From a virus (Duplodnaviria; Caudoviricetes), in the IMG/VR virus record IMGVR_UViG_3300042260_000461, positions 1 to 56,979 of that record: 56,979 bases of DNA; one strand, 5' to 3'. Below, piece after piece: positions 37,957-47,074 of the stretch. The position numbers and the translations under genes were made by a program. The stretch's first letter is position 1. Every line of letters begins with the position of its first letter. The notes under the pieces are model-generated. The model saw nothing but the letters and a program-made list of their open reading frames with translations, was not told where the DNA came from and did not search any database.

Positions 37957-38333
37957 CAGTGCCCCCCGACTCCACGGGAAAGCACATCGAGCAGCATGCC
38001 CGCTAGTTTTTTGGTTTCGCTCTCGTACTGGTTGATCTTGGCTCTCTGGCCAGGCAGCCATGCTGGGCGCAGCTTCAAGGCAAGCACGTCATCATCCACG
38101 GTCACTATCCAGCTTTCGCGGTCTCGTGACAGCAGCAGGCGGTGAAACTCCAGGGTGACGATGTGAAAGCGCAAGGAATCAACGCGCTGGCCGGGTATGA
38201 GTTGGTTCATGTCAACCGGATCAGCGGCTTCAATGCGAACGCGCCCCATGCGCTGCGCAAACTCCAGCGCCCACAACGGCAGGTCAATGACCGTGATGGG
38301 CTCCATGTCTCGGGTGTACAGCACCACATTCAT
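37956..38333 (-). CDS. Hypothetical protein
   Basis: 125 aa, translationally coupled to terL. Confidence 0.7.
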   Translation of the reverse strand: MNVVLYTRDMEPITVIDLPLWALEFAQRMGRVRIEAADPVDMNQLIPGQRVDSLRFHIVTLEFHRLLLSRDRESWIVTVDDDVLALKLRPAWLPGQRAKINQYESETKKLAGMLLDVLSRGVGGH

Positions 38334-38335
38334 GC

Positions 38336-38788
38336 TCAGAACCCTCCAGGTGCCACCTGAAAGCAGGCCACGCCCCTAGCGCGCCACATGTCCACCACCT
38401 TCTGGCGGTCATCAAACACAGCCACCAGTCGGCGGCGGTCGTGCGCTTTCATGGCATCGAGCCATGCCGCTTTCAGTTGTTCGTCCGGGGTGTAGTCGCC
38501 CTCCACGCGCATGCACAGCGGCACGCCATGGGCGCAATCGCCCAGATGCTCGGCCAGCCAGTCCTGGGTGGGTTGCATGACCTCAGAACTGCGGCCAGAC
38601 CAAACCCAAACATCGCAGCCGGTGTCCAGCAGCCGCAAGAGGGTGTCGATCACAGGCGTGTTGGGCTCATCGTCCACGCACGCAGCAAAGAAGGCGCGCC
38701 AGTCTTTGGTCTCGCCCTCAACCAGGTGGCGGCGGTGTTCGATCAGGGCCAGGGTCCCGTCCAGGTCAAAGATGTAAAGCGGTTTCAT
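38336..38788 (-). CDS. HAD-family phosphatase (polynucleotide kinase 3'-phosphatase-like)
   Basis: FDLDGTL, SGR, K and FDDR motifs. Confidence 0.85.
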   Translation of the reverse strand: MKPLYIFDLDGTLALIEHRRHLVEGETKDWRAFFAACVDDEPNTPVIDTLLRLLDTGCDVWVWSGRSSEVMQPTQDWLAEHLGDCAHGVPLCMRVEGDYTPDEQLKAAWLDAMKAHDRRRLVAVFDDRQKVVDMWRARGVACFQVAPGGF

Positions 38789-39343
38789 TCATTCGTCCTC
38801 GTCGTCAATGGGTGGCAGTCCTTGCGCAGGCCCCAGCACGTTGCCGCTGAGGCTGGCCAGCAGATCCACCAACGGATCGGACTTTTGCTTGTTGTCCAGT
38901 TCGTAGAGGCCCAAGATCTTCCCGGCCTTGTCCAAGGCTGAGTTCTTGTCCCAGAACTTGTATTCAATGCGCCCGTACTCATCGATCTTGAAGCTGGCCA
39001 CAGCGGCGCGAGTGGCCGGGTCCAGTTCGTGGGGCAGTTTTACGCGACCATCGTCGTGCATGATCCCGGCGATGTCGGACAGGGCCACGCGCTTGATCTC
39101 GCGCAGTACTTGGGTGGCCTCCAACTCGGCGCGGTCGGCGGCGGCGGCCTGAAGTTGGCGAACCCTATGGGTAATCTGTGGGTTGGCCATCAGCTTCGAG
39201 GCCGAATCGTTGACGGTCTCGGGCTTCATCTTTGCGGCCTTGTAGGCGGCGCGGTAGGCCTCGCTCAGACTCTTGCCCTTGGCCACTTCCTGGGCAAAGA
39301 CCTCTTGTTGTGGCGTCAAGCCATGCTCATTCTTGGCGCTCAT
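38789..39343 (-). CDS. terS: Terminase small subunit
   Basis: LTPQQEVFAQE..SEAYRAAY..ASKLM; DKNSALDK. Confidence 0.85.
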   Translation of the reverse strand: MSAKNEHGLTPQQEVFAQEVAKGKSLSEAYRAAYKAAKMKPETVNDSASKLMANPQITHRVRQLQAAAADRAELEATQVLREIKRVALSDIAGIMHDDGRVKLPHELDPATRAAVASFKIDEYGRIEYKFWDKNSALDKAGKILGLYELDNKQKSDPLVDLLASLSGNVLGPAQGLPPIDDEDE

Positions 39344-39789
39344 GATCGAACTTCCTTCACTTCAATCCCGTGCCGCCACAGCATCAGCTTTCGCTTGAGC
39401 CTGAATTCAGGCGTCACGGCTCCCTTCACATCCTCTACAACTTGGCACCCTTTCGCATCGATGTAGACGAAATCGGCCAGGTAAACCGTGGGCCGCTCCT
39501 TCTTGCCGCTGGGGCTGATCTGGGACGGGATCAACTCGAAGGGCACTTGCAGGCGCAGGTCACGGATCTCCCCTGCCCGCTCCAGCATGGCCAAGTACTG
39601 CCAGCGCTTGTGCTCGGCCTTGCTGTCAAAGCTCAGGCCCTTGTCCGTCACCTTCTCGTTGCCGTACTTCTGGGCGCGGCGCTGCTTCTCAGCGGGGTTG
39701 TCGCGCATGGCAGTGACCGAAGGCCTGCCAGCGATTCGGGCCTTGATGTCCACCAGTTGTTGGGGCGTCAGGCGCATGGCTTTGCTCAC
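39340..39789 (-). CDS. DUF1064 PD-(D/E)xK endonuclease
   Basis: KYGN..FDSKAE..YLADFVY..VEDVKG. Confidence 0.85.
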   Translation of the reverse strand: MSKAMRLTPQQLVDIKARIAGRPSVTAMRDNPAEKQRRAQKYGNEKVTDKGLSFDSKAEHKRWQYLAMLERAGEIRDLRLQVPFELIPSQISPSGKKERPTVYLADFVYIDAKGCQVVEDVKGAVTPEFRLKRKLMLWRHGIEVKEVRS

Positions 39790-39995
39790 AGCAGTGCGTC
39801 CTCAACGTCAACGGGTGCGTTGCCCCCGTAGTACTTCATCGGTGCCAGGCGGCAGACTCGGCGCAGGAATGGCTCTGGCGGGGTCGGAAATGGCCAGAAC
39901 GGCACCAGGATCGACAGGTACAGGTACTTGTCGTCGCGCCGGACCTCGATGCCTTCGCGCCCATCGGGCGTGATCCACTTGTCGCCTTGGCTCAC
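39786..39995 (-). CDS. Hypothetical protein
   Basis: 69 aa, GGAGG RBS, coupled overlaps. Confidence 0.6.
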   Translation of the reverse strand: MSQGDKWITPDGREGIEVRRDDKYLYLSILVPFWPFPTPPEPFLRRVCRLAPMKYYGGNAPVDVEDALL

Positions 39996-40008
39996 AGCAG
40001 GCCCTCCC

Positions 40009-40251
40009 TCACGGCGTGGTGGACTTCGGCCCAGCTGAGCGGCGTTTCTCCAGGCATTGGCGCACGGACTCCAGCACCTGCTCCCGGCCAGGGCTCAACG
40101 GGAAACGCTCGATGGCTGCCAGCATGGCTGACGCTTGGGCCTTGTTCGGGTAGGCGGACAACACCAGGCGGGTGCAGCACTCCAGGCACTGGAAGCGGTA
40201 CGCCCCACAGGTGAGCCGTTGCTTGGATGATTCGCAGGCTTGGCATGTCAC
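40009..40251 (-). CDS. Small Cys-rich (zinc-binding) protein
   Basis: GTG start coupled to the upstream stop; CQAC..CLECC. Confidence 0.6.
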   Translation of the reverse strand: MTCQACESSKQRLTCGAYRFQCLECCTRLVLSAYPNKAQASAMLAAIERFPLSPGREQVLESVRQCLEKRRSAGPKSTTP

Positions 40252-40874
40252 CGTCCCCTCTCCGCCATGACTGGCATGACCTTGAAGCGGGCTTTGCATT
40301 CCTCGATGATCTTGCGCACCTTCTCGGGGTCGGCGCTGCCTTGACCGGGTGCGGGCAGTGCATCGCGGCGCGGTGGCACCTCGGGCAAATCCTGCTTGGC
40401 CAGCTTTTCCGCAAGCAGGCGCGTCCAGCGGCCTTTGGCGGTTTGCCATGAGGCGTTGCGCAAATCCCAGGTGCCGAACTCCACGGCTGCCCAGTAAACG
40501 GCGCGGTGGCTCCACTGGTCGCGGCCATCCTCACGCAGGCGCATCTGCTCACAGGCTTCGCTGAATGCGGCCTCGGCGTCCAGCTGCGGCGCGCAGGCCT
40601 TGAGGAATTCCGTGATCGATGGCGGCCAGTCGTACTGGCGGGCGCATGCCCGGATGCCATCGGCCACCTGCTGGGGCGTGATCCCGGCATCGATGAGCGC
40701 ATCAGCCCAGGCTTCGCGCCAGTTGCGGATGGAGTCTTCGCCGGGGAATGCGGCGCGCCAGCGCTGCGGGTACATCCCGTCCAAGCGGTTGAAAAGGTGA
40801 TCCATCAGGGACAAACGGCGGTCCCCGATCTGCCTGGGCTCAAGCCAGGCGCTGCGCTGCAACGTCAATGACAT
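40248..40874 (-). CDS. Replication protein P-like helicase loader
   Basis: LFNRLDGMYPQRW..W..WPPSITEFLKAC; follows the initiator gene. Confidence 0.75.
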   Translation of the reverse strand: MSLTLQRSAWLEPRQIGDRRLSLMDHLFNRLDGMYPQRWRAAFPGEDSIRNWREAWADALIDAGITPQQVADGIRACARQYDWPPSITEFLKACAPQLDAEAAFSEACEQMRLREDGRDQWSHRAVYWAAVEFGTWDLRNASWQTAKGRWTRLLAEKLAKQDLPEVPPRRDALPAPGQGSADPEKVRKIIEECKARFKVMPVMAERGR

Positions 40875-41757
40875 CGCCCTGCTCCTTGTGGCCTTGGTTG
40901 ACGAATGCCACCGGGTCGAACTTGGTCGGTCGGTAGCTGCCTGCGGGGTTGTGCTGGCCCTTGGCCAGGTTCTGGGCGTCCTGCAACTGCCCCTTCACGA
41001 TGCCGATGGCGTAGGCGAAGTTCTTTCCCTTCTCCATGGCCTGGCGTGCGGCCTGCTCGAACATGCCGATCTCGGCTCCCCGCTCGATCAGTGCGGCCAG
41101 GTCCGGGTGCGAAGGGTTGACGGTGGGCAGGCCTGCGGCGCGCATGGCAAAGCAGATGGCCGTGGATTTGGACACGGGCCTGGGCTGCTCTGGCGGGTCG
41201 CTCGGGCTGCCCCCAACAATGGTTGAACTGTGTGTGTCTTTATTTACTGGTGTCTGGTGACTGGTGTCTGGTGTCTGGTTAGCCGTGTTGTCACGCGTGA
41301 CAGGTGGCGTGACAGGTCCAGACGAAAGCCGTGACACCATAGCTTGTAGCTGCTCGGTCGATGCGTCCCAAGGCGCGGTGTAGCCGTGCTGGCGCAGGGT
41401 GTCGAAGAGGGCTTTGCGCCTCTCGCGTGAGCGGCGCTGGCGGTCTCGGTCGTTGTCTCGCTTGGCCTGGGCACCGGGTTGCTTTTCTTGGTACCGGGCG
41501 ATCTCGGCATCGCAGCGCTTGTGCCTCCAGCCATCGGTGGACTGGACAAAGAACTCTTCCAGCACGACTTTGACCGCATCGCGCTCGGGTTTCGTGATGG
41601 CTCTGGCCAGGCGGCAAACCTCCTTGAGGTCGCCGGGCAGTGGCCTCTCGCGGGTGTAGTAGGCGTCGATCAGGCGGCGGTAGGCCCCGTCCTCAACCAT
41701 GGACAGGTGCGCCGTGTCCCGAACGTAGTCGCCCAGGTGATGCTCGTAATAATTCAT
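40840..41757 (-). CDS. Replication initiator, YdaU/DUF1376 family
   Basis: MNYYEHHLGDY..HLSMVEDGAYRRLID.YY.E.PLP..W.HKRCD.EI. Confidence 0.85.
   Translation of the reverse strand: MNYYEHHLGDYVRDTAHLSMVEDGAYRRLIDAYYTRERPLPGDLKEVCRLARAITKPERDAVKVVLEEFFVQSTDGWRHKRCDAEIARYQEKQPGAQAKRDNDRDRQRRSRERRKALFDTLRQHGYTAPWDASTEQLQAMVSRLSSGPVTPPVTRDNTANQTPDTSHQTPVNKDTHSSTIVGGSPSDPPEQPRPVSKSTAICFAMRAAGLPTVNPSHPDLAALIERGAEIGMFEQAARQAMEKGKNFAYAIGIVKGQLQDAQNLAKGQHNPAGSYRPTKFDPVAFVNQGHKEQGDVIDVAAQRLA
41246..41340. repeat. Candidate replication origin iterons inside the initiator gene
   Basis: CTGGTGT tandem repeats, three GTGACA copies, and the palindrome TGTCACGCGTGACA. Confidence 0.55.
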
Positions 41758-42086
41758 ACCTGGACCTTCTGAGATGCGGCCCGGTACCGCAGATAACGGG
41801 AGTTGCGTGCGGTATCTGGCACACACTCAACCAGGCTCTGTGATCTCAAGAACAAAAGCGCCCAATCGACGCTCTTGGCACTTCGGCCAGTACCTTTGAC
41901 AATCTGCGCATGGGTAAAAAACATGCCGCGCTTGGACTGCAAGAACATCAAGACGACAGCCGTTGCGCTGCCCTCTCGAATGACGCCTGGCGGGCGCGGG
42001 TTGTAGCGGGGGACTTGAAGGCCGAGGCCTTGCTGGCGCTTCTCAGCAATCAAAGTCAACTGCGCGGCCATCCACATCGAACTCAT
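41754..42086 (-). CDS. Hypothetical DNA-binding (winged-helix-like) protein
   Basis: 110 aa, basic, coupled to neighbours. Confidence 0.6.
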   Translation of the reverse strand: MSSMWMAAQLTLIAEKRQQGLGLQVPRYNPRPPGVIREGSATAVVLMFLQSKRGMFFTHAQIVKGTGRSAKSVDWALLFLRSQSLVECVPDTARNSRYLRYRAASQKVQV

Positions 42087-42331
42087 CCGAGGTTTTCCCG
42101 AGATTCGTCGGATGGACCCATGGTGAGTGGACGTGTCATCCTTCGGACCATGGACAACTCGCCAAACACGGCTCGCTCGATCAGCATGCGCACGTACTCA
42201 GCCTTGGGTACGCCCATGCTCACGGCCATGGCGATCACCGCCTCGTTGAGTTCCTCGCTGACGGGGATGTCCAGGCGCGCAACCAGCTTGCCATCGGGGT
42301 TTGATCTGCCTGAGCGGCTTAACATCGTCAT
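42083..42331 (-). CDS. CII-position regulator, ribbon-helix-helix-like
   Basis: RLDIPVSEELNEAVIAMA..PKAEYVRMLI; AGGAG RBS. Confidence 0.65.
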   Translation of the reverse strand: MTMLSRSGRSNPDGKLVARLDIPVSEELNEAVIAMAVSMGVPKAEYVRMLIERAVFGELSMVRRMTRPLTMGPSDESRENLG

Positions 42332-42500
42332 AGCTGGGGGCTCCTACATGTCTGAAATCTTTTGGTGGCAGGCAGCCGCGCTCTTTTGGGCGGCTGTCTG
42401 CTTCTTTCGGGTGGGCGCGATGACCAAGGGCATTGCGATGAACCGCCGCACGTGGCTTGAGATCGGGCAGGCGGCGCTCATCGTTGTGGCCCTCTTCGCG

Positions 42501-42776
42501 TTACTCACTGAGGGCGGCGGTTGCCGCTCCACGGGCACGTCGAGCCTTGAGCCCGCTGCGTGTGTTGGGGATGCGCAGTGCTGACGCCCGCTTGTCGTGC
42601 TTCTCGAACCAGTCGAGCAGCGGTTGAACGGTGTCCAGGCGTGGCGAACACAGTCCGGCATGGATGCGGCTCACGGTCGCTTGGGGGACCCCGCTCTCCT
42701 TAGCGATACGGTTGTGCTGGCCAGCGAGTTCGGACAGTCGCCTGCGCAGGTAGGTGTAGATCGGTTCTTTCTTCAT
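42501..42776 (-). CDS. Cro-like HTH regulator
   Basis: IAKESGVPQATVSRI..PRLDTVQPL; divergent from the repressor. Confidence 0.8.
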   Translation of the reverse strand: MKKEPIYTYLRRRLSELAGQHNRIAKESGVPQATVSRIHAGLCSPRLDTVQPLLDWFEKHDKRASALRIPNTRSGLKARRARGAATAALSE

Positions 42777-42788
42777 GGCCTGCCTAGT

Positions 42789-42842
42789 GTATCCGTATCC
42801 GGATATTTAATCAACCACATCCGGATATCCATTTATGGAATC
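42789..42842. promoter_or_regulatory. cI/cro operator region (three imperfect 18-bp operators)
   Basis: GTATCCGTATCCGGATAT (42789), TCAACCACATCCGGATAT (42811), ATATCCATTTATGGAATC (42825). Confidence 0.7.
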
Positions 42843-42851
42843 ATTGACACC

Positions 42852-43331
42852 ATGGAATCTTTACGCCACCGACTCGCCCGCCTGATGCGGGAATACATGG
42901 ACACAACCATGGTGGACACCCAAACCAAGGTGTCGGCCAAGGCGGGTGTGTCGCAATCCACAGTTCAGCGTCTGCTGTCGCAAGACCAGTCCGCGACCGT
43001 GGACGTTCTGGAGTCCCTGGCCAAGGCGTTTGGCGTTAAAAGTGCGCATTACTTGCTGCTTGAGCGTGATGAGGCAAAACTTCTTTCACTTTGGGGAACT
43101 CTGAGCAACGAGGACCGGCAGACCGTTTTGGGCTTTATTCAAATGAAAGCCCAAACAAAAACCGTGCAAGATCTGGCAGCGCAACTCACCTTCGATTCCG
43201 GCAAGCCGGTGTCGCCTGAGTTGCGCGCTGCATCGAAACGGGCATCGGTACGTAAGCCGGGGTCTGACGCTCTGAGCAACCCAACAGATGACAAGGCACG
43301 ATCAACATCACGCGCAAGGCGCAAGGCTTGA
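42852..43331 (+). CDS. CI-like XRE repressor without S24 peptidase domain
   Basis: TQTKVSAKAGVSQSTVQRLL..TVDVLESLAKAFGV. Confidence 0.85.
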   Translation: MESLRHRLARLMREYMDTTMVDTQTKVSAKAGVSQSTVQRLLSQDQSATVDVLESLAKAFGVKSAHYLLLERDEAKLLSLWGTLSNEDRQTVLGFIQMKAQTKTVQDLAAQLTFDSGKPVSPELRAASKRASVRKPGSDALSNPTDDKARSTSRARRKA

Positions 43332-43614
43332 GACAGTCCACCAATTTCGACCAGACCCGGAGCGCATCAGGCGCATCCGCGACTGGCACCAGGCGCAAGT
43401 AACGTCTGAACAGATCTCGGTTGCCTGCCTGTCTATGAGCATCACCGACTGCGGGCATATCAACACCACCGGCCTGGCCATTGAGCCAGAGCATGCGTTG
43501 ATCTTCCTGGCAGAGTTGGAGTCGGTCTCCAACCAGCTGCGCGCATTCGTTGAAGCACGGCGACCGCTGACTGCCCCTGCGGCAGACATCCTGCCCTTCG
43601 AGCGCCGGGCCTGA
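43288..43614 (+). CDS. Hypothetical protein in the repressor operon
   Basis: 108 aa, overlaps the cI 3' end. Confidence 0.6.
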   Translation: MTRHDQHHAQGARLETVHQFRPDPERIRRIRDWHQAQVTSEQISVACLSMSITDCGHINTTGLAIEPEHALIFLAELESVSNQLRAFVEARRPLTAPAADILPFERRA

Positions 43615-43666
43615 TCGCCCTCCCCCCCCATGATTGGGCGTTGCCGTGTCACCACGGCAGCGAAAA

Positions 43667-43735
43667 ATATCCGTTGACGAATATCCGGATATGGATATAT
43701 GATCGGGGCGTCAGGAAATTTTTAAGGAGTCAGGA
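43667..43735 (+). promoter_or_regulatory. Operator-controlled early promoter
   Basis: TTGACG-18-TATGAT with operator ATATCCGGATATGGATAT (43681-43698); leader GTCAGGAA..AAGGAGTCAGGAA. Confidence 0.75.
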
Positions 43736-43999
43736 ATGAGAAACAGAGTCGCCATTGAAGCCCGCATGCTCCAGATCGACAACGCGATCAGGGGCTATCA
43801 GAACAACATCGCCGCTTGGAATCTTCGGATGAATGAATTTGGCGAGCAGTGGCAAAACATGATCGCCTGGGCGCAGCAGCAAGTGAACAGAGCGCAGGCC
43901 GAGCGTGGAATGCTGGAATGTGACCTTGATGAGGTTGCCTTTGCTGAAAGCCTCACCCAACAAGGCGGGACAGCGCTGTTCATCAGCAATCGCATTTGA
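43736..43999 (+). CDS. Hypothetical coiled-coil early protein
   Basis: 87 aa, strong RBS. Confidence 0.7.
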   Translation: MRNRVAIEARMLQIDNAIRGYQNNIAAWNLRMNEFGEQWQNMIAWAQQQVNRAQAERGMLECDLDEVAFAESLTQQGGTALFISNRI

Positions 44000-44033
44000 C
44001 TTGCCCATAAATAACCGCATCCGGATATTTACC

Positions 44034-44162
44034 ATGAACTTTGAAGAACAAATGAACCAAGGCGGCCCGCTCTTCTGGGCTGTGACCGTGGCCAGCGCCA
44101 GCGTGGCGTACCTGGCCTTGTGGGCTGTGATGGCCCTGCCTGATGTCCTGGGGGTCGCATGA
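44034..44162 (+). CDS. Small membrane protein (42 aa)
   Basis: One TM helix; ATGA coupling. Confidence 0.5.
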   Translation: MNFEEQMNQGGPLFWAVTVASASVAYLALWAVMALPDVLGVA

Positions 44163-44356
44163 GCCAAGTCACTCACCTGAGAAAGCCCGACTGGACGGGC
44201 ACCTACTGCAACACAAAGGCAAAAGGCCAAATCCGCACCACGGGCACGCCAACAGCCGCCGAATGCACACGGTGCCGCAAAGCAGCAGGGCTGGGGAAAT
44301 ACAACGCACTAGAAGCCCTGGCCGGGATCGTGAAGGTGCAAGGAGCAGTGGCATGA
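44159..44356 (+). CDS. Hypothetical protein
   Basis: 65 aa with H/C..CTRC. Confidence 0.6.
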   Translation: MSQVTHLRKPDWTGTYCNTKAKGQIRTTGTPTAAECTRCRKAAGLGKYNALEALAGIVKVQGAVA

Positions 44357-44769
44357 AAACGATGACCGTCGAACAATTCCATGCCGCCTGCAAGGCTCAG
44401 GGCGTAAGCCACCACCTCGATACGGCCCTTGTGTGCCCAATGTGCAAGACGGTGCAATCTGCCCGCGACTTCATTGCTGCCGGTGCCGGTGCCGATTTTG
44501 AGTCCGTCGAGAAGTACCTTGGCTTTTCATGTGTTGGCCGCTTCACGGGTGCGGGCTCGCCGCGCCACAAAAAACCCGATGGCCAGCCGTGCAACTGGAC
44601 ACTCGGCGGCCTGTTCAGGCTTCACACGCTTGAAGTCGTTACGCCGGATGGCAAACACCACCCGAGCTTTGAACTGGCAACGCCAGAGCAAGCGCAAGAG
44701 CACGCCAAAGCAAAGACGCTCGTTGTTCAACGCCTTCCATCTGACGACACGGAAGGGGGTGGACTGTGA
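44353..44769 (+). CDS. VVA0879-family protein
   Basis: CPMC..Q..DF..SCVGR..CNWTLGGLF. Confidence 0.7.
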   Translation: MKTMTVEQFHAACKAQGVSHHLDTALVCPMCKTVQSARDFIAAGAGADFESVEKYLGFSCVGRFTGAGSPRHKKPDGQPCNWTLGGLFRLHTLEVVTPDGKHHPSFELATPEQAQEHAKAKTLVVQRLPSDDTEGGGL

Positions 44770-45197
44770 GCAATCTACCTTTACCCGGTCGGATCTATTT
44801 CCGAGCAAACGGCGAGGCCAACAGCTACTCGTTGATCGACCATAACCTCATCAAGTGGGTTATGGCGCTACTGGTCAACGGTGAACACACAACTGCTAGG
44901 CAGGGTGAAATCATGGAGCGCATGGCGGCGTGCTGGAACGCCTGTGCGGGAATCCCAACCGAGGAACTGGAGATCATCGCTGACGCTGACGAGACATTCA
45001 CAACCGTGCACAACCGCTGCATAGACCAGCGCGACGAACTGCTGGCGGCGCTGCTTGCCGCACTGAAGTACGCAAAGCCGGTGATGGAGCGAGAGAAAAA
45101 AAGCCCATCAAACGCTCAGTGGATGGTCGAAGCGGTCATGCAGGAAGAAACGTTCATCAACGCCGCCATCGCCAAAGTGAAAGGCGGTGCAGCATGA
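44766..45197 (+). CDS. Hypothetical protein
   Basis: AACWNACAGIPTEEL..QRDELLAAL..AAIAK phage motif. Confidence 0.7.
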   Translation: MSNLPLPGRIYFRANGEANSYSLIDHNLIKWVMALLVNGEHTTARQGEIMERMAACWNACAGIPTEELEIIADADETFTTVHNRCIDQRDELLAALLAALKYAKPVMEREKKSPSNAQWMVEAVMQEETFINAAIAKVKGGAA

Positions 45198-45430
45198 GCA
45201 CACAACGCATCACCCCCTACGACACCGGCAAAGTAAAGATCGGTTGCCACTACCAGCCAAAGCGCCGCATCGACATGAGCGGCGACATGGAGCGACTGCA
45301 ATCGGCCTTGCTTGGCCAACGTGGTCCCCGCCTCGACATCGACATACGCCAGATCCTGGAGCGCACCAGCTGGGCCGCCTCCGCCTTCATCGCTTTCATC
45401 ACCATTCTCATCATCATCAAACCGCAGTAA
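45194..45430 (+). CDS. Hypothetical membrane-anchored protein
   Basis: ATGA coupling; C-terminal TM helix. Confidence 0.6.
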   Translation: MSTQRITPYDTGKVKIGCHYQPKRRIDMSGDMERLQSALLGQRGPRLDIDIRQILERTSWAASAFIAFITILIIIKPQ

Positions 45431-45432
45431 CC

Positions 45433-45762
45433 ATGAAAACCAAGCTCGCCAAAGGGACGCCATGGCCCCACAAGAAAGCCAGTACCAAACAAAACGTGAA
45501 CCTGGACGCCGTGCAAAAGTGCGCCGACCCGTACAAGCCTGAGCGGGTCATCCTGCAACACAAGTACGACGAACTGTTTGCCAACGTCAAGGAGGGCGAC
45601 TGCTTCCGGTGCCCTGATGACAAGACCATGGCCGCCATTGCCCGCGCCTTGCGCATGCACCTCAAGCGCAGGGGCTGGGGCTGTGTCGTGCGCCAGCAAG
45701 CCAAGACCGAAGACGGTGTGCATCGCGTGTGGGCGCTCAAGATCTTCAAGGGGGCCGCATGA
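45433..45762 (+). CDS. Hypothetical protein
   Basis: 109 aa ending GVHRVW. Confidence 0.6.
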   Translation: MKTKLAKGTPWPHKKASTKQNVNLDAVQKCADPYKPERVILQHKYDELFANVKEGDCFRCPDDKTMAAIARALRMHLKRRGWGCVVRQQAKTEDGVHRVWALKIFKGAA

Positions 45763-45911
45763 AGCGTTTGCTGTCCACCCCATACCTGGAAGTGCGATGG
45801 GAGCCGCGCTGGCCTGCCCTGGCCATCGGCTTCTATGGCGGCAAGAACGTCCGGCGAGTTTTCGTTGTGCTGGTCAGCCCGCTCGTGATCTTGGTCGGGA
45901 GGCAAGCATGA
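45759..45911 (+). CDS. Hypothetical protein (50 aa)
   Basis: Coupled ATGA overlaps. Confidence 0.5.
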   Translation: MKRLLSTPYLEVRWEPRWPALAIGFYGGKNVRRVFVVLVSPLVILVGRQA

Positions 45912-46207
45912 ATTGCTGCGACGAATACGGCGACTGCCGCCAGGGGCGCAACTGCCCTGCAAGAGCGCAAGCATGCAAACACTGCCATGGCATCGGATAT
46001 GACGCCAGTGGTCTCGCTTGTACCTGCACAGGGCCTGCAAAGGTGGCCAGAGTAAAAAACCGCCACCATGCTAAGGCCCCATTGCCTAACAACATGTGGC
46101 GCGCCTACATGCGGCACCTGGCCAAGTGGATGCTGATCGTTTGGGCGCTATTGATCTCTGTGCCCATGATCGTGTCGCTGACCTCGATGGCAAAGGGGGT
46201 TGCATGA
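45908..46207 (+). CDS. Cys-rich membrane-anchored protein
   Basis: MNCCDEYGDCRQGRNCP, CKHCHGIG, C-terminal TM helix. Confidence 0.6.
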   Translation: MNCCDEYGDCRQGRNCPARAQACKHCHGIGYDASGLACTCTGPAKVARVKNRHHAKAPLPNNMWRAYMRHLAKWMLIVWALLISVPMIVSLTSMAKGVA

Positions 46208-46395
46208 CCGCCCTACCCTATGACGTGACCCGGTGCAGGCCTCAAGCGACCAGCATCCAGTGCGCCAACTGCAAGCGCTGGGCAGATCATCCCGAACAAG
46301 TCTTCGGAAACGTCACGCCCCTTGTCAACGCATCCAGTCCGCGAGATCCGGCATGCGTGTACGTGCCCATCAGCCTGATCCCGGAGGCTGCATGA
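46204..46395 (+). CDS. Small Cys-rich protein
   Basis: LPYDVTRC..CANCKR. Confidence 0.55.
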   Translation: MTALPYDVTRCRPQATSIQCANCKRWADHPEQVFGNVTPLVNASSPRDPACVYVPISLIPEAA

Positions 46396-46571
46396 GCTTC
46401 GTCAACAAGAGACTTGGCCTGCAAAAAGCATCGCCCAACGGACACCCGTTCAAGCTGTGCGCCAAGTGCGAGGAAAAGAAACCGCCAGAAGGTGGGGCAG
46501 ACATGGGCCGAGGCCGGTGGATCTGCGCCGCATGCTGGACGCTGCGAGCCATACGGAGGCCCAACAAATGA
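46392..46571 (+). CDS. Small zinc-finger-like protein
   Basis: CAKC..WICAAC. Confidence 0.55.
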   Translation: MSFVNKRLGLQKASPNGHPFKLCAKCEEKKPPEGGADMGRGRWICAACWTLRAIRRPNK

Positions 46572-47074
46572 ACATCGATGCAGACATCCGAAACTTGGCC
46601 AAGTGGCTCAACGAGGAACAAACCGCGCCCATAGACCGCCAAGCCTTGGCCAGGTTATTGGCCTGGGCTCAGATGGCCGACAAACCAGCAGCATGGGTGT
46701 TACCCGAGTTCTTCGAGGGCATCACCAAGGCCGGGTGCTGGACTGCCTACGCTGGCGATGGATCAGCCGCCGCTGACGGGGTAAAGCGCATTCCCCTCTA
46801 CCGTGGCGCGCTGACTGGTGGCGACGAGCGCAGACACATCATCTGCCTTTGCCCAGACTGCGCGAAGCCAGCACAGCCAAGCAAGCCGCTGACATTCCCG
46901 GAAGAGGCCAAGGCCTTCAAAGCCTGGTTCGATGCCTGGTACATCGGTGATGGCGAGCAAGGCGAAGCCATCCCAGGGCAGTCAGACCCGCATTTTCTGA
47001 CCTACATCGATCAGTACACCCTGGGTTTCGGTGCTTGGATGGCCGCCAAGCATGCGGCTAAGGCGGGCGTGTGA
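46568..47074 (+). CDS. Hypothetical mosaic protein
   Basis: 168 aa, coupled start. Confidence 0.6.
   Translation: MNIDADIRNLAKWLNEEQTAPIDRQALARLLAWAQMADKPAAWVLPEFFEGITKAGCWTAYAGDGSAAADGVKRIPLYRGALTGGDERRHIICLCPDCAKPAQPSKPLTFPEEAKAFKAWFDAWYIGDGEQGEAIPGQSDPHFLTYIDQYTLGFGAWMAAKHAAKAGV

Noticed and set aside
41246-41340. CRISPR-like or DGR repeats
   Set aside because: Short iteron-like repeats without spacers. No reverse transcriptase or TR/VR pair was seen in the window.
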